From: Takakia lepidozioides
Lineage: Eukaryota > Plantae > Bryophyta
DNA length: 64,000 nucleotides
NCBI GenBank assembly: GCA_030704615.1
Contig: CM060733.1
Span: 23,746,001 to 23,810,000 of the forward strand
Direction of reading: 5' to 3'
Shown here: piece after piece, positions 50,721 through 64,000 of the stretch
How the letters are laid out: each line of letters begins with the position of its first letter
Numbering within the stretch: position 1 is the first letter of the stretch
Notes under the pieces: generated by a model
The model's database searches: none
Told to the model about the DNA's origin: nothing
What the model saw: only the letters and a program-made list of their open reading frames with translations
Program-made: the position numbers and the translations under genes

Positions 50721-51004
50721 AAACACAGAGGAAGCCACTTTACTAGAACTTCATAAACGACTGAGCACATTTCAAGACCTTGTTATCCAGGAATTGAATG
50801 ACGAAAATGCACCTGATTACCAGAAAATTCAACATGTCTGCTTTCCCAATGCTTTAGAAAAGGGCACCTGCATAAATCCAAAAACATAGTGTGCACCAAA
50901 ACCTGAAGCTGTAACACTGCTACATACAGAGTACTTTCGCCTGGCATTCTACGTACGGGTCAAAGAGAGATGGGCAGCTCACACACAACAAGTCCATGCT
51001 TATG

Positions 51005-51135
51005 TGAGGCGGGGCGCTAGGGTCTATGGCCAGAAGGCTACAACAAACATACTTCTATGAGTAGATTCTCTCACTTTCTCTCTTTCCCTCTTCAGGAACA
51101 TGAAGAACATTGTCCTGCACCTCCGTTCACCAACA
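51005..51135 (+). mobile_element. Short remnant of the same RTEX-like LINE family (3' end plus an internal piece)
   Basis: gggtctatggccagaaggctacaacaaaca...tatgagtagattctc matches the reverse complement of ~14436-14490; ccctcttcagga...ctgcacctccgttcaccaac matches the reverse complement of ~14681-14730. Confidence 0.6.
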
Positions 51136-52901
51136 TTCATTCCAGCACCCTTTTGGTGCAGATAAACTAGAACTGCTTGCCCACCTGGAGGCCCCTCCGG
51201 GTTTTCTTTAGTCGGTGGCTGCTGGGATTACTTATGGCTGGTGAAATTCCCATCAGGCACATGCGTTGCATTCACAAATCAGATAACCACCACATATCAG
51301 AGAGAGTGAGCTGCCTCCAAATCTCAGAAATCAATACAGCAACCTAGGGAGCAATTTATATTTCAAAGGGTGCCAATTGACAATGTCCTTGGAATAGCTG
51401 GAATTGGGTTATCCATGGCTTACAAAAGCAGCCGACCATTAGTGGTTTTAACTCTTGGGGGAAAAGCCTCCTGGTAGTGAAAGTCTCTGAGCAGGTCACC
51501 GTGCCAGCAAAAATGAAAGCTGTGGGTTTGCGGAAATTTTGAGAACCAGGGTGTCTCTGTCAGCAGCTGTGGAGAAGAAGGTTGATTGCAGATGGGAGGG
51601 CGGCCCTTGTGATGAGCTGATTATTACAAGAACCCTGATTCGGTTCACATACTACAAACTGCAAAGGTGGTCATCCCTAACACTAGGCTCATCTTTTCAG
51701 TTGTTGACATGTCATAACTCCAAACCGGAGACAGGAGGGAGGTGGAGACTTCAGCAATGTGTGAGACAATCTGGCATCTATCTTAAAACATCTATCAGTG
51801 AGGTCCACGAATACATAAGATATCCTGCAATTGCCGCAGGGTCCACGATCCCAGCTTCTTCTACGGACGCATTGTCCTGACAAACCAACAAGAGACGATT
51901 GGACTCAGCGAGGCTCCGTTACAACCGACACACGACGATGACGACGTGGCGTGACGACGATGATCGGTCATGTGTCTACGATGACGTGGTACTATGCTAC
52001 CCTATTCCTGCTCTACGCTAAACTAGTCTACGACCTTCAGTCGTCGCTAGAATTACTTCAACTCAACAATTACAGATGAAGATAAAGATTCTTTAACGTC
52101 CAGTGAATTTACAGAACCTACTGCTCAACACACAGGCCATCGAGGGCCCAATGGACGGTCTGAAGGCACATGTTGAAGGATTGAACCCCAGATCACCTAG
52201 GTTATGCAGTGAATTTACAGAGAGAATTGTATAACTTATCATTGTGAAAAATGTAGTAACAGAAAAATAAAAAGATTTTTGAAACACTTGCACACTTTTC
52301 AGTAAGAGACAGGTCTGGTGGGTGAAGGAGGGAAGACACTTGCGAACCTCAGCTTGTTTGCTTTCCCTGTGCATTAGTTAGGCCGCTTGCTGGTGATAAG
52401 GAGAGGGGGGTTCCATATTTGAAGCCTCAATCCAAACCTTAACACATTGGTGGGCATTAAACAGACAGAGAATTTTAGGTTTGGAGGTGCTCGAGCTTTG
52501 GGTGGGTGTAACACAACTCAGTGGACTTCAACATCACCACTACCCCCACCATCCTGTCTCATGTGTTTCAAAGATGCAGTGACCTGCACAAGCTGGCTGC
52601 ATCGATAGCAGGGTAACAGTAATATTTCTGGCAAGAAATTGAGACCACTTAGAATTGCAGCTTTGAACTCATTTGGTGGTGTTGTTGGGAGAACACAGCG
52701 CTGTGCGACCGAACTGTGAGTGCAGTCATGGAAGTCAGAGTAACAAGGAACATTCTATAACAACGGACATGACTTCAATTACAATAAGTACAAATCACTC
52801 AAAGCCAGGACTCGTTGATCAAGAGCTAACCTGGTGCGTTTTTAGGAAGTATACAGGGAGGTCCTCAAAGTGATAGAAACTAGAACTAAAAATGAAATTG
52901 A

Positions 52902-53925
52902 TCACTTGGAGAAGGTGTCGATGATGGTTGTGTGGAGTGGATCGCTCAGGTGCGTGGCCCAGTTGTCCAAGGGACCCTTGCCTGTAGCAGCAGCTTGCAC
53001 AGCAAAACCCAAAGCAGCAACCATGGCCAGCCTTGCATGCTTAATTTCGGCGAGTTTTAGAACCTCTTTCTTCTCGGGGTCAGCTGCCAGTCCGAGGGGA
53101 TCGAAGTACTTGCCACCAGGATACAGTCGCCTCTCTGGGTCTAGCTCGGCATTCCTTTGGAACTCAATGTATCCTACCACAAGAGTCTCAATCCAGACAA
53201 GAGCAGAGATGCTGAACGGTAAAGAGAGACCGAAGTAAGAGGGACCATCAACAAGTTCCACCTGCAACCAACACAACATCGAGGGTAAGACAAATCCAGC
53301 GGGTATCGTAATGAAACAAACCATTAATGGTGCAAGAGCCTAATAAAACGCAAGCATATACACTACTCACCTTTCCAGCATCTTGCCATGTCACGCCAGT
53401 GAACGTCTCGACAGACAACGCCCCAACAATGGCAAGCATTGCCCATCTACCGTGAATCAGCTCGCATTCCCTGAACCTCTGGAGGCCGAACACCTCACTG
53501 TACGGTTGGAAGGGAGTGGGGTTTATATCCTTCTTCTTATCAAGACGGGTTCCGATCACGTCTCCAGCAGGGTTCTTAGCCAAGTTCTGGTTCAGTGAAT
53601 CCAGCTCGAACTGCAGATACTCTGGAGATTTTCCCAGGGACAGTGGATCGAAACCGTAGTCACCAACCAAAGATCCATCCAGCCAAGACGGGGCCTTTGC
53701 ACCTGGGAACCACAGAGGCCTATCCGCCGACCCAGTCTTCTTAGGAACCCTGGGGGTAACCTTGCTCACGGCCTTTTGCACCTTCTTGGTTCCACTGGCA
53801 ACCTTCGCAACCACCCGGCTTCCATTGGAAGCACCAAACACTCGGCTTGCAGACTCCAACGACCCCAACTCCCGGCCGGCGCAGAAGGTCGATGCGAGAG
53901 ACGCAGCAGCGAAGGTGGGCGCCAT
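52902..53925 (-). CDS. LHCB4: Chlorophyll a/b-binding protein CP29 (~304 aa with transit peptide)
   Basis: Exons 53925-53371 and 53261-52902. [30 protein letters not shown]29-specific [15 protein letters not shown]...[27 protein letters not shown], and [13 protein letters not shown]...[13 protein letters not shown]. Confidence 0.97.
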
Positions 53926-54059
53926 TGCCAATCCAAAGTCTGTACCTGCTGTGCAATCTCGCGCAGAGAAGAAGGGGATTCTCGCCTGCTCGCTGCGGAG
54001 AGATGGTAATGGAGCCCAGGCTTGTGCGAGCATGCGAGAGAGAGATAGGCCCTGTGTGC

Positions 54060-54190
54060 GCTCATTGGGCACCCCAATTTCTGGGTGCCCAGCAGCCGTC
54101 GATGCATCTTTGGATGTGAAATGGGCGGCAGATAAGCCGCTCCGTTATCTAGATGCAGGCCACGTGGACTGCAAGCCTCCCATTGGGTTG
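54060..54190 (-). promoter_or_regulatory. Light-responsive promoter module of LHCB4 (I-box/GATA, G-box, CCAAT)
   Basis: GATAAG at 54131-54136, TTATCT at 54145-54150, GCCACGTGG at 54159-54167 and ATTGG (CCAAT) at ~54064 and ~54182, all 140-260 bp upstream of the ATG. Confidence 0.65.
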
Positions 54191-55987
54191 TTGTGCACCA
54201 TAGCTTTTCCCCAGAGCATTGCAATCCCAGTGTCTCATTGAACAAATAAGCGGTGATCCGAGCAAGGCCCACATGTTCTTGACTACGGAGATCGGACTCG
54301 GTGAGTGGCTGGCTATGGATTGGGCACCTTCGATGTTGTCGTTCCATGATGTTTGCCATGTTGGCGGATCCTGCCATGTATGCATCTGCAGAGATTGAGG
54401 TGGCACAGCACTTATGGTGGAGTGGACCCACAGTTTCAAAAGCAACAAGGTTTTCAATACATATGGTTGAGGATGTTTTAACGCTTCTGGGAGTCGATGA
54501 GAGCTCAGACCTGGCTCCATCGAATCAGAACAGAAGAAAGGTTTCAAATTTTGAAGGAGGGAATGCGAGAGCATGACTGTTGCTGTATGCTGGACTAGCT
54601 GTGGAAGGATATGTGCGTTTGTAGAGATTGAGCTTATCGCTGTTAGGTCAAGGAACGAAGAGTATGAAGTTGGTCAGTAATGGCCGGCGTTTAGGATGGA
54701 GGCTTGTGTCTGTGATCAGACTCTCGCTCACGTGGGGATGTGCACCCTTCATGTCCACTCTTGAGTAGGGTTTGCTTGTGTGCGTGCACTTGCTTTGTTC
54801 CCATGCTTTCATTGATCATGTCCTAATTTCTTCTTCCTATTCAAGATTGCATCTACTAAAATTTACTGATAGCTCGATTGTATATACGGCACAACTTTTG
54901 AGTGCACTTTGCTGGGTCGCAGTATATGTCTCCATCCTTACACAGTTACTGGCTTGAAATCTGGTGGGGTCGTTCTCAATTCATGCTTGCCGCAGCTTAC
55001 GTCCAGTTTCGGTAGGTAGGCGTTGAGAGGTGGACAAGCCAAGGGAGCAAATTTCCGTTTCTGTAAGGCTTGATATTTGCACATTGTGTGCAGGATGATA
55101 GAGTAGCGGATTTGACTAGAAAGATTCCGGGTGTTTGACACAAGTGACAGTTTGCATTTTGTGGGATGTACAGACCGAGCAAATTCCCACTTCTACTACC
55201 ACTTCTACTACCGGCTTGTTGATTGCAGTGGGTGTAGAGGATCCGTGAAGCCAGTTAGTCAAGACACAAAAGTTACACATCTCCCACAACCAGCTTACCC
55301 ATCTTCCAAGGGATAAAGATATATGACACTAAGATGGAGTTTTACAGAAGGGGGGTGGGTCGGCCAAAGTTCAGAAATTGGTGCAGACTACATACCTACA
55401 TTAGGTTCAGACAAGCAAAAGGTGAGGAAGGGAAGAGGAAGGGAAGAGGGCAGAATTCCAAGTGCAAAACATAGCTTTAGTTGGACTGTAAGCATGTCAT
55501 CTACACCACAACTCTCCTCCGCACCTACCATCAATGATGGGGAGATTGGACACTAGGTCATTTCCTGCGAGTCTACATTGCAAGCATGGAAGCATTAGCC
55601 CTGCTCAGGCAACGATCGTTGCAAATTCTTCTCTCGCTCTTTCAATTCAGGCCTAGCTGGCCTGCTGCTACATGATCCCAGATAATTTTACTTTTGTATA
55701 CTGTAGGTGGTTCCTAACTTGTACTTCCTCGTAAATCCCACCAGGTTCAGGAACTCTGGACCAATCTGTTTAGTGATGACAAAGAGGCATACATCATTAC
55801 CCCTAACAAAGCTGAAATGATATTAGTGCCAACTTGCTGAGAACTCCAAACAGACATTCATTACAGTCCCCTTCAGATCTCCAAGTTGATCTGTCTTGCA
55901 GAGAAAACACTGGCTGGCTCAGCACAACGATCCTATCGGTGTGGGTGCAGCATTTGAATTGGATTAACATGGCCTCTGTTCACAAGT

Positions 55988-58900
55988 CTACACTGAGACC
56001 TTGATGTTCGCTTCAAACTTGGCCATTACGTGGGGCTCCAGGGAAATAATCATGTTCAGACCTCCATCAGTTTTCCCATTTGGCACAAATAGAACAAACT
56101 CCACCAGGGGGCTCACAGCAGGCCCTGCAAAGAGGGGCTTTCCCCAACCAAAGTCGACGGCATAGAATGGCATTTTCCACCATGATGAAATGAAGATACC
56201 ATTGGGGATGGCAGGAACACCCCGGTACACCTCCCACCAATCAAGTGCAGACCTGTGCATCAATGAGGACGCAACTGTCATGAGTAAAGTAAATTTGACT
56301 ATTCTGCATTTGGACACTTGTGTCCTACATCGGAACATTTGTAGAACAATTCAAGCTGAGTCCAGCACAGCTCCTGCCCTATGTGAGCCCACCTTTGGTC
56401 CTCTAATGACTAAGGAAATCCTCCAGTATAGTTGCAAGCTGAGTAATATAAGAACAAAGAGTCTTTCAAGATTACCCATCTGGAGAACCTTCCTTTGCAC
56501 TGACGTGGACTGGAGAGACAAGGTGACAGATGATCATACCTTAGGTAGTCATTGGTCAATCTGTCATTGGCCTCCTTAATTTTCTGAACAGCGAATGAAA
56601 GTGGTTTCTCAGCAAGTTGTTGGGATGTTGCCCTGTTGTGGTCACACAGAAAATAAAACCAGTCAATGAAATTATTAGATCGTGACTAATATTCACTTTA
56701 CACTCTACACTGATTGAAGACAATAATCTTTTGAGACGTAATTGTAAAGATGGCTCAAGTAGAAGTCCAGTCAGTCCCACTGACATCAGCAAAACTTTGA
56801 GATTGCATGTAGCAAATTGCAAACTACACAGATTAATCAAATGCAGCGGAGGCTCTATTCTCTTATCTCCACTCAACTGCACACGATACAAGCTTTAATG
56901 GAAGATCATGGATGCTGTGAGGTGTCTTCTGCTGGATAGCAGACACCTCATAGACTAAACATAAACCATTAAAACATAGACATAGACACCTCATAGACCC
57001 TCATGTCTAAGTTACTGTGGGGTGTCTTCTAGCCAAATCCCCGAAACTATGCACCATTTGGCCCATTCTGAGTACAGTATAATTGCAGTACCTGGCACAA
57101 GCTGAATATACACCATTTCCACAGAAGTGCTCGGGAAGATTGGGTTCTAGGCGTGCGCGAATGTCAACAGCATACAAGAGAGTGGCCAGCTCAGTGGGTT
57201 CCATATCCAAGGACTTTGTCCTGGCCTTCCAGACATGACCACAGAGGGCATCAAAGCTACTTGCTTTGCTCAAAATTCCATCCTCTGTTGCTCTCGCCTT
57301 CAAGGCTGCCAATTCAACACCAGTGAAGGGGAACACCTGACAATAAACCAATCCAGAGTTCAAAACGTACTAGTACAAGTAGCAAGGGGATTTGACATAT
57401 CATGTGCCTGGAATGTATTGTGCTCAGATGAAATTGGAAACCTTGCAGGTGAGACAGAAAAACATGTAAGGAAACTGTTGGCGATCAGTTGGGGAAGGAG
57501 ATGGCAAAACTGCCAGAGATATTACCTTTGCCAGGTGCTGACCACATTTCGATAGAAAGGCTTGCCATATGACACACACAGAGATATACTTACATGCTAA
57601 GTAGAAATTTCGGGAAGATTTCATATTGAAATACCTTTGTCACATGCTTTTTAGAGGCAGAGAGACCCTCAAAGTCAGATTTGGCCGCATCAGGAGTAGT
57701 GAAAGCACCACCGGCTACTGAGGCTGCCTCATCCAATTTCAAGTATTCGGGATGATCATACTTGGGAGTGGGGGGACTCCTGGCCTTCAGCATGCTTCGA
57801 TCTGGCTTGGGATGACACACAATTGGTCCACCCTTTGAAAGGGACGTCAGATTCGCAAGGAACTCAATGACTCCCAGGCCATCCCACACCAAGTGACTCA
57901 TTCCAAATCCGATGGTGAAGCCACCGCACTTAAAGGTCGTCACCTGCATAAACAGGAGAAACAATAAGATAAATATAACTGAAGACAAATGAACCACACC
58001 GGCTTACCACTGTAAGCTGGGAACTACTGGTCTCCCTTGGCCCCACCCTTCATCTATTTCTCCCACCTCCCTTCCACTTATTCTGCAATTTTCTTGTGGA
58101 CTCCTCAGTCATGATTCACAGTAAGAGCTCTAGAGTTAATGCACAGATGGACTTTTTCGTGGTGTTCATATGAATTTCAAATTAGAACGGCATGACTGAG
58201 TGAAGACTGACCTGAACCATCATGAGGGGAATATCAGAAATCTTGGAGGCCTTGTAAGCCTGTGGCACCAACTTTCTGCAAGAATTGGGAACAAGTGAAG
58301 CATTTAAGTGACCAAAACCTTGACCCCGCATACCTTGACCCCGCATACGGTTACTAAAGCTGAGAAAACACCTGAGCAACTTTAGGTGCAGTTTCTACGA
58401 ACCAGGCAAGAGACGTCTATCCTTTAGAGGACTGACAACAGTTATAAAAAAAAATGGGAACAGGATTGTAAGTTCTCCAATGGATAGATACTCAAGAAGA
58501 GGTGTCATCCCCTAAGAAGTACGATCGACCAAGAGGTTACTGCACAATACCTGAAAACTGGATTAGGAATCGTAATATCGCCAAGCTCTGCAATGGTGAG
58601 ATCGCATGATGCGGTTCCGAATTGAGCACCTGCATAATTGCGGCTGATTTCTAACCGCATAGTAGTCTCGCTGAGGTTCAATCTTCCAGCCAAGAAATCG
58701 TACTCCACCATAACTTTGCTAAGCGCATCCTTCAGGACCTCCGCCACTTGATCATTGCTCTTGTCAGGGTGGGCCCCATAGAAATATATAGTCTCAACAG
58801 TGAAAGCCAAACACTGACATCCAGCCAAACAATATCCCGTCGAAACACTAAGAACTCCTCTCTGACGTAAAGATCACCGCACTCTGATTCCATCCCTATT

Positions 58901-59589
58901 TCCGGAAGTGTTGCAATTTGTGCAGTCGACCTTCCCGCGACGCAACCTTTTGAACTTCACAGGATTGCGAGCTGAGAGGAGAAGCGGAGCATTTGCCCAT
59001 CGCAGGTTTCAATCGAAACCATTCGGACCAATGTCCAATACGTGTACATTACCATAGTCGTCACCTCTCTTTCTCTCTAGACACTCTCCTCCACTTCTCT
59101 CAGCTCTACTGTGTCCCCAGGCCTCCCCCCGTCCCGTAGAGGAAATGGAGAAGTTTCTTCTTTTTTACACGTCTCTACCAATGTTCATTTCTCTAGAGAG
59201 TTAGAGCTGACGTGCAACCACGGACACCTTTAGGTTCCAACAGCGATGTGGAAAGGCAAACATCGGGAGACTGTCATAATCACTAAATATCCCAGAAACA
59301 GACAGGAACAAGACAAAGGTCATACAGAATCCGCTTGGCCTAGTGTAGATCCACAAACTTCTTTGAGCTGCACGCTATTCACTAACTCCATGATCTGGTA
59401 TCTCACAAAGATGCATCCGACTACTCCAACCTCCCAAGCGAGGTAGAACACTGTGGTAGCTGAAGTTACCTGGTCGATGTTCGACAGCTCGAGTGGGCTC
59501 GTGTCACTGCAAGGTTCAGCAGGTTTCACGAACGTCGGCTCGTGCACATCCACATTGAGCTCAGTGATCATAGCCACCTCGGAACCCAT
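55988..59589 (-). CDS. BAHD (HXXXD) acyltransferase, ~452 aa, resembling the GLAUCE/aliphatic feruloyl-transferase group
   Basis: Seven exons (59589-59470, 58813-58551, 58275-58212, 57943-57635, 57336-57092, 56632-56540, 56252-55988) total 1359 nt in frame; motifs LSNIDQ, FLAGRL, QVTTFKCGGF, HLVWDG and DFGWGKP. Confidence 0.95.
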
Positions 59590-59875
59590 TTCAAAGCAGC
59601 TGCTTTGGAGGCAAGGCCTGAGACCCAAATGCAAGTTCCCTCTTCCCGTCCGCTGAGCTTACTCCAGTTGCATCACCCGCAGACAAGCACAGCTCCAAGC
59701 GCAACCAACACCATCTACGACGCAAAACACCTCTCCCTACAGAAGATCAGAAGTAGTAAGTACACACTGCACGACCTTTCCAATAAGTTAAGCCAGATAT
59801 GGAGGCAGAGAGGATGATGGCACACTGCAAGGTGAGCTGCTCTCAATTATAGTTAAAGCGCCGCTCAGTGTACTG

Positions 59876-59886
59876 CTATATATAAG
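59876..59886 (-). promoter_or_regulatory. Probable TATA box of the BAHD gene
   Basis: TTATATATAG on the minus strand ~290 bp upstream of the ATG. Confidence 0.4.
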
Positions 59887-61164
59887 GCACCCAAGTCCGC
59901 CATTACTGCCCATGTTCCACCCAATGTCTCACTGTTCACAATCCCTATATGGTACACAAAAATACGCTCAGACATCACATCTATGTACCAGGGTCCCAGC
60001 AAGGTCATTGCTTCGATACAATCCTCATCCCTAACTTAGCATTTGATGATCCTCCCAGGCATGCTTCCATCCCTCCCTCAATGGCGAAATACAAGGGTGG
60101 CAGCACCCCATCAATGTGTGTCACCCACCCCCTGCCTGCTCTACTCTCACCTTTCTAGCGTGTAACCTCCATAGCCCAGTGCCAAATCCTCCTGTGATGA
60201 GACCCAACCACAACTACCCCCCTTACTTTTCCTCTCACCTTTAAACCAAAAAGTTGGATTACCAGAAGTCCAAAAGTCCGGTGGTACGTATGGATCAAAA
60301 GTGACCATGTGGGGTGTTGTATAATAAGATTCTCCCCCTTCCTTTGGGCGGTGCCCAATGAGCCTTGTGGGACTGAGGTTACATTGAAAGAGCTTATTTT
60401 CTCCTCTCACTAGAATTAAGGGACCTGATTCGTCCCACAAGTGTTGATAAATGGAGAGTGATTGCATTGATCTAGCGACCTGTGGAAAGTAGCGGAAAAG
60501 AATGCAACAACAGCATAGAATAGAAAGCCATGACTGCATCACATGGACCTCTGCACTCATGCACCTGCTCTGCTAAACTTGGTCATCTCAATTATGAATT
60601 AGGTGAAGCTGTCTGGTGGTGGAAGGGAGCAACAACAAGTTTGTTGAGAGCGGGATGGTTGGTGAGGACGCTGTTGTGGGCATCCAGTTGACGGTTTCCA
60701 ACTACCACAGTTTTGTTTGGTGTTCCACAACATTCTACTCCATGGAACAGGGATTGGATTGCTTTCTTCAAACACCCACATCTTTCCTGATCCAGGTTAG
60801 ATGAAAGAGCCGCAATTGGGGAAAATTAAGCCCAGATTGAGGCCTGCCCAAGCTTCAAGCTATGGCTGCAAAAAGCATGAAAAAGGCATCACAATAAGCC
60901 AGAGAAGCTGCCCGAATGTCAAAGGGGCCTTGCTGGCTGGATCGCTACCTGACACGTGTGACCATACTAGGCCGTTGAAAGGCAAAGGTGGGGTTCCCCT
61001 GTTCCCATGCATGAGAGAAAACAATTCTTCTCTTCCATTACCTGACTACATACAAGCCCAAAATTTCCAAAAAACCTCCGTTACAACGTGCACAAACTTT
61101 GTCTATATTAGAAACCCTCAATACCTACCGCAGCTTGCAACCAATTTGGATTCTTACGTAGTCA

Positions 61165-61245
61165 GGCAAGGGTAGCCGGATTTGAACACAGAGCCACCTG
61201 GTGGGCACACGAAGCGTTATCCAATCGAGCTACTCAGTGGTGGGC
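61165..61245 (-). mobile_element. tRNA-derived SINE-like remnant
   Basis: The minus strand has A-box-like TAGCTCGATTGG and B-box-like GTTCAAATCC at Pol III spacing, but no intact cloverleaf. Confidence 0.45.
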
Positions 61246-63514
61246 CACTTATCCACCAATATTATGGATCATAAAGGAGAAGAAAAGGTTACTATTATTT
61301 GTCATACTCTGTGACAGCTCTGTGAGCTGTCGCTCCCACCTTTCTCAATGAATAGGTGTGATCGTATGGTATAATTATAGTGGATGAAAATAGGAGTCCT
61401 CCATCACACCACAGTGCTTCGATGGATGAAATTCCGTAAGGTTATGGAATCGTCCTCACCAACTGAGACAGTAATGACAGTCGGAGGTCCATATTTCTGA
61501 AGGCTGGCGAGAGTCCTATTGTCAGTAATAATAGCAGTCCTTCTCCCCTTATTGGTAGGTGAGGGTGGGAGAGAGAGAGAGAGAGAGAGGGGGGGATCGG
61601 GACTGTCACCTTCACTTCCTCTTCTCGACACTGAACACGTTGAATTTTTGGTGGAGGCATCACAGCCGAGACGGTTTACTTACAGTCGTTATCCTCTCTA
61701 CTTCTCTCGGCTTTCACCTCCAAGGCATGTACTCACCCAACCCAGTCCACTGAACTTGTCTTGATTTCGTTATATCTGCGCAGGTGGCTAGCTGGTTGGA
61801 TTATCAGTTTCCATGTCATCGCTCAGTGAACTAGATCCAGTGTCTAATGGTTTTTAGGAATGGTTTTCGGAGATGTTTCGTTTGGACAAGGTCCTCTCGT
61901 CTTTGTTTCGCTCGACTTCAACATAGTGGCTTGGAATGCCGTCCCGTATGTCTCTCTAGCTCCCTCTCCTCACCTATTCTCAAGTGCCTGTGAATGGTCA
62001 AAACTTTTGGAGCAGTCCGTGGGAAGTTTTGTTGAGCGATGAGAGAACTAGTACTCATGCTTTTCTCTTTAGACGAGGGACTTCACCTGTTTGCAGGATG
62101 AGTTGGTGTGGCACGTTTAGACGTTCGATAAAGTCTGATAAAGTAAACCGTTGGTTTCTCACGAAGCGTTTAAGCTCCCTATCAATAAACACCTTTTCTC
62201 AAAGGTACTTATATGCATGCTGTAAGGTGCTCTTTCTCTTCTCCTCTCTCTGCTCCCGTTTTGTCTGGAGGTGCAAAACAATTCAGAATGTATTTTCAAG
62301 GCCTGGTCACCATTTGAGGTAAGGCCTTCCTGAGCTGGAGAGATCTGATCATCTCTTTATATTACTTCGTAACAGAAGTCTACCGGGGCCTGATTCCCAA
62401 ACCGGCGCGCCAGTTCGAAAAGAGAGTCCACGAAAGACCAGGAAGAAACGAAGAAACCTGGAAGTAACTCATCTTCGAGGCCAATCCTTCCAAGATGCGT
62501 GACTTGAACAACCAACTCGAAACACAAAGTACACGCAGTGTCAGGCCAGGCGGTACCTTGTGACCAGTATACAAAAAACACAAGTTGAATCAGCTCCAAC
62601 GAAGACTAACTGCGCTACAGTTCACTCAACTCCTCCATCTTTTTTTGAGAAACAGAGTGATCAGCAGACTGTTGCTCCTTCCGTGTTTCGTCTGCGAGGG
62701 TGATAGTATAAAAAAGCACGTTCACATTTGTTGGCCAGCATCTGCCATGCCAAGAAACTGTTATTGAACATAAACTTAATTATTCAAATTATTTCATTAG
62801 AAATTAGAAATGCACGGTTCTTTTTTTCGGCTGATACTGTGCATTCGCTGCCAGTCTGGGGTTCAATCCCCTGTGGTTTCGTCTGCCTTCTCTATCCCTA
62901 CTACATGGCTCAGAAAGGAGGTTAATTTTTCCCTTCGACGCCCCGTATCCGTGGCTCGGATTCCTAATAATAATAAGAATAACCTTACTGGGGCCAATGA
63001 GGTAGTGAGGAGGGGGAAAAAATTAATCCTCTTGCACATAAGCCATGAAGCATACAGTGGACTCGTGGACTCCATCCGGCGACCAGCCACGAAACCATAA
63101 CACAGAGTACAAGGTAGCAGGATTTGAGCCCCAAACCACTGCAGTGAACTCAATCCACCGTTCAATGAACATGAGTGTTACGCAATCTCCGGACGTTACC
63201 CTCATGGCCGTAAGTTATTTTCTTCCCACGGCCACCTTTTCTATAAAATTAAACATGTGCCTCTCAGTGTTCGGAAGATAATAGAAATAATGTAAGAACT
63301 TAATGCACACTTGCAAACTCTGACAGGATGGTACGCCGGTTTCCGGCATGTCAAATCTTCCCCACCCTCTATTGAGAGTGACATGGAACTGAAGGAGTGG
63401 AACCAAATCATGGCCTCTATCTAAGCCCAACTGCAATCTCTAGTGTCCTTCCAGTGACTTGATTTTGTAATTTAGTTAAATTTTTCAGCGACCAAAATTG
63501 TTTATAATTCCACA

Positions 63515-63880
63515 AGTCTAGGCCCACATGTCCAAATTTTGTGAAACCAAGTCGGTGCACCCCTACTCACCAAGGGCTTTCCAACGGTACTAAAATCGTG
63601 GCAAGAGGCCCGCGGTTTGGGAGATCTCAAAGATACTACAAACAATATTTTGAACGCCAATATTTAAAACAAGCCCAATTTACATTTATGTTTAGGTGCA
63701 CAAAAGACAAACGAAGGGCCAATCATTGTTCCAAGAAAGCCCACTTTGCTATTTTTCATGAATTTCCAAAGACCACAAGTACTAAAATTTCATATCTCCA
63801 ACACCGCAGGTCCAAAAATTATGAGACCAGGTCGGTGCACCTCCTCAACGAGGGCTTTCCAACGGTCCCGCGGTTTGGCT
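63515..63880. repeat. Dispersed repeat with internally duplicated motif
   Basis: gtccaaa...gaaacca.gtcggtgcacc...gggctttccaacggt...ccgcggtttgg occurs at ~63525-63620 and again at ~63805-63878. Confidence 0.6.
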
Positions 63881-64000
63881 TGAATGAGGACAGCCCTGTA
63901 GGCAGAGAAATTCCCACACCACTTAATCTAAGTGTGATCAAGCCTGTCCCCATAGAAGTTCAGGAAACAGACAATGAAGTTCCGTCGCTTGTAGAAGATG

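Noticed and set aside
53926-54431. N-terminal extension of the LHCB4 ORF to 54072 and overlapping 159-221 aa ORFs
   Set aside because: The transit peptide begins at ATG 53925; the extension and overlapping frames cover promoter/UTR or antisense GC-rich coding sequence and have no recognisable motifs.

Overview
Eukaryotic land-plant nuclear DNA, probably a bryophyte (moss-like), inferred from the repeat and TE repertoire and gene content. Five host genes can be spliced by hand: the 3' part of BRUTUS (hemerythrin/CHY/RING E3 ligase, +), a membrane-anchored Kelch beta-propeller protein (-), a small secreted S-protein-homolog (SPH)-like gene (+), LHCB4/CP29 (-) and a BAHD acyltransferase (-). The middle of the window (about 13-52 kb) is a nested TE island. 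It holds RTEX-like LINE pieces, Sola-like transposase relics, a Copia RT relic, a CACTA element, MITE/foldback elements, a solo LTR, and ABCC, PPR, GDH and OSB-like fragments. The main structural result: a Ty3/Gypsy chromovirus and an L1-type LINE have each been cut in two and cross-joined by a blunt inversion of about 10.3 kb (32188-42533) that carries the SPH-like gene. Flipping the segment back restores both reading frames across the junctions with no base gained or lost. The rebuilt chromovirus has a Tf1-type self-priming PBS (11 nt complementary to its own LTR) and an extra ORF after the chromodomain. The rebuilt LINE encodes a virus-like 2A/StopGo-like motif (LLLLRCGDIHTNPGP) upstream of its endonuclease. 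All family assignments are by motif recognition; no database searches were run.
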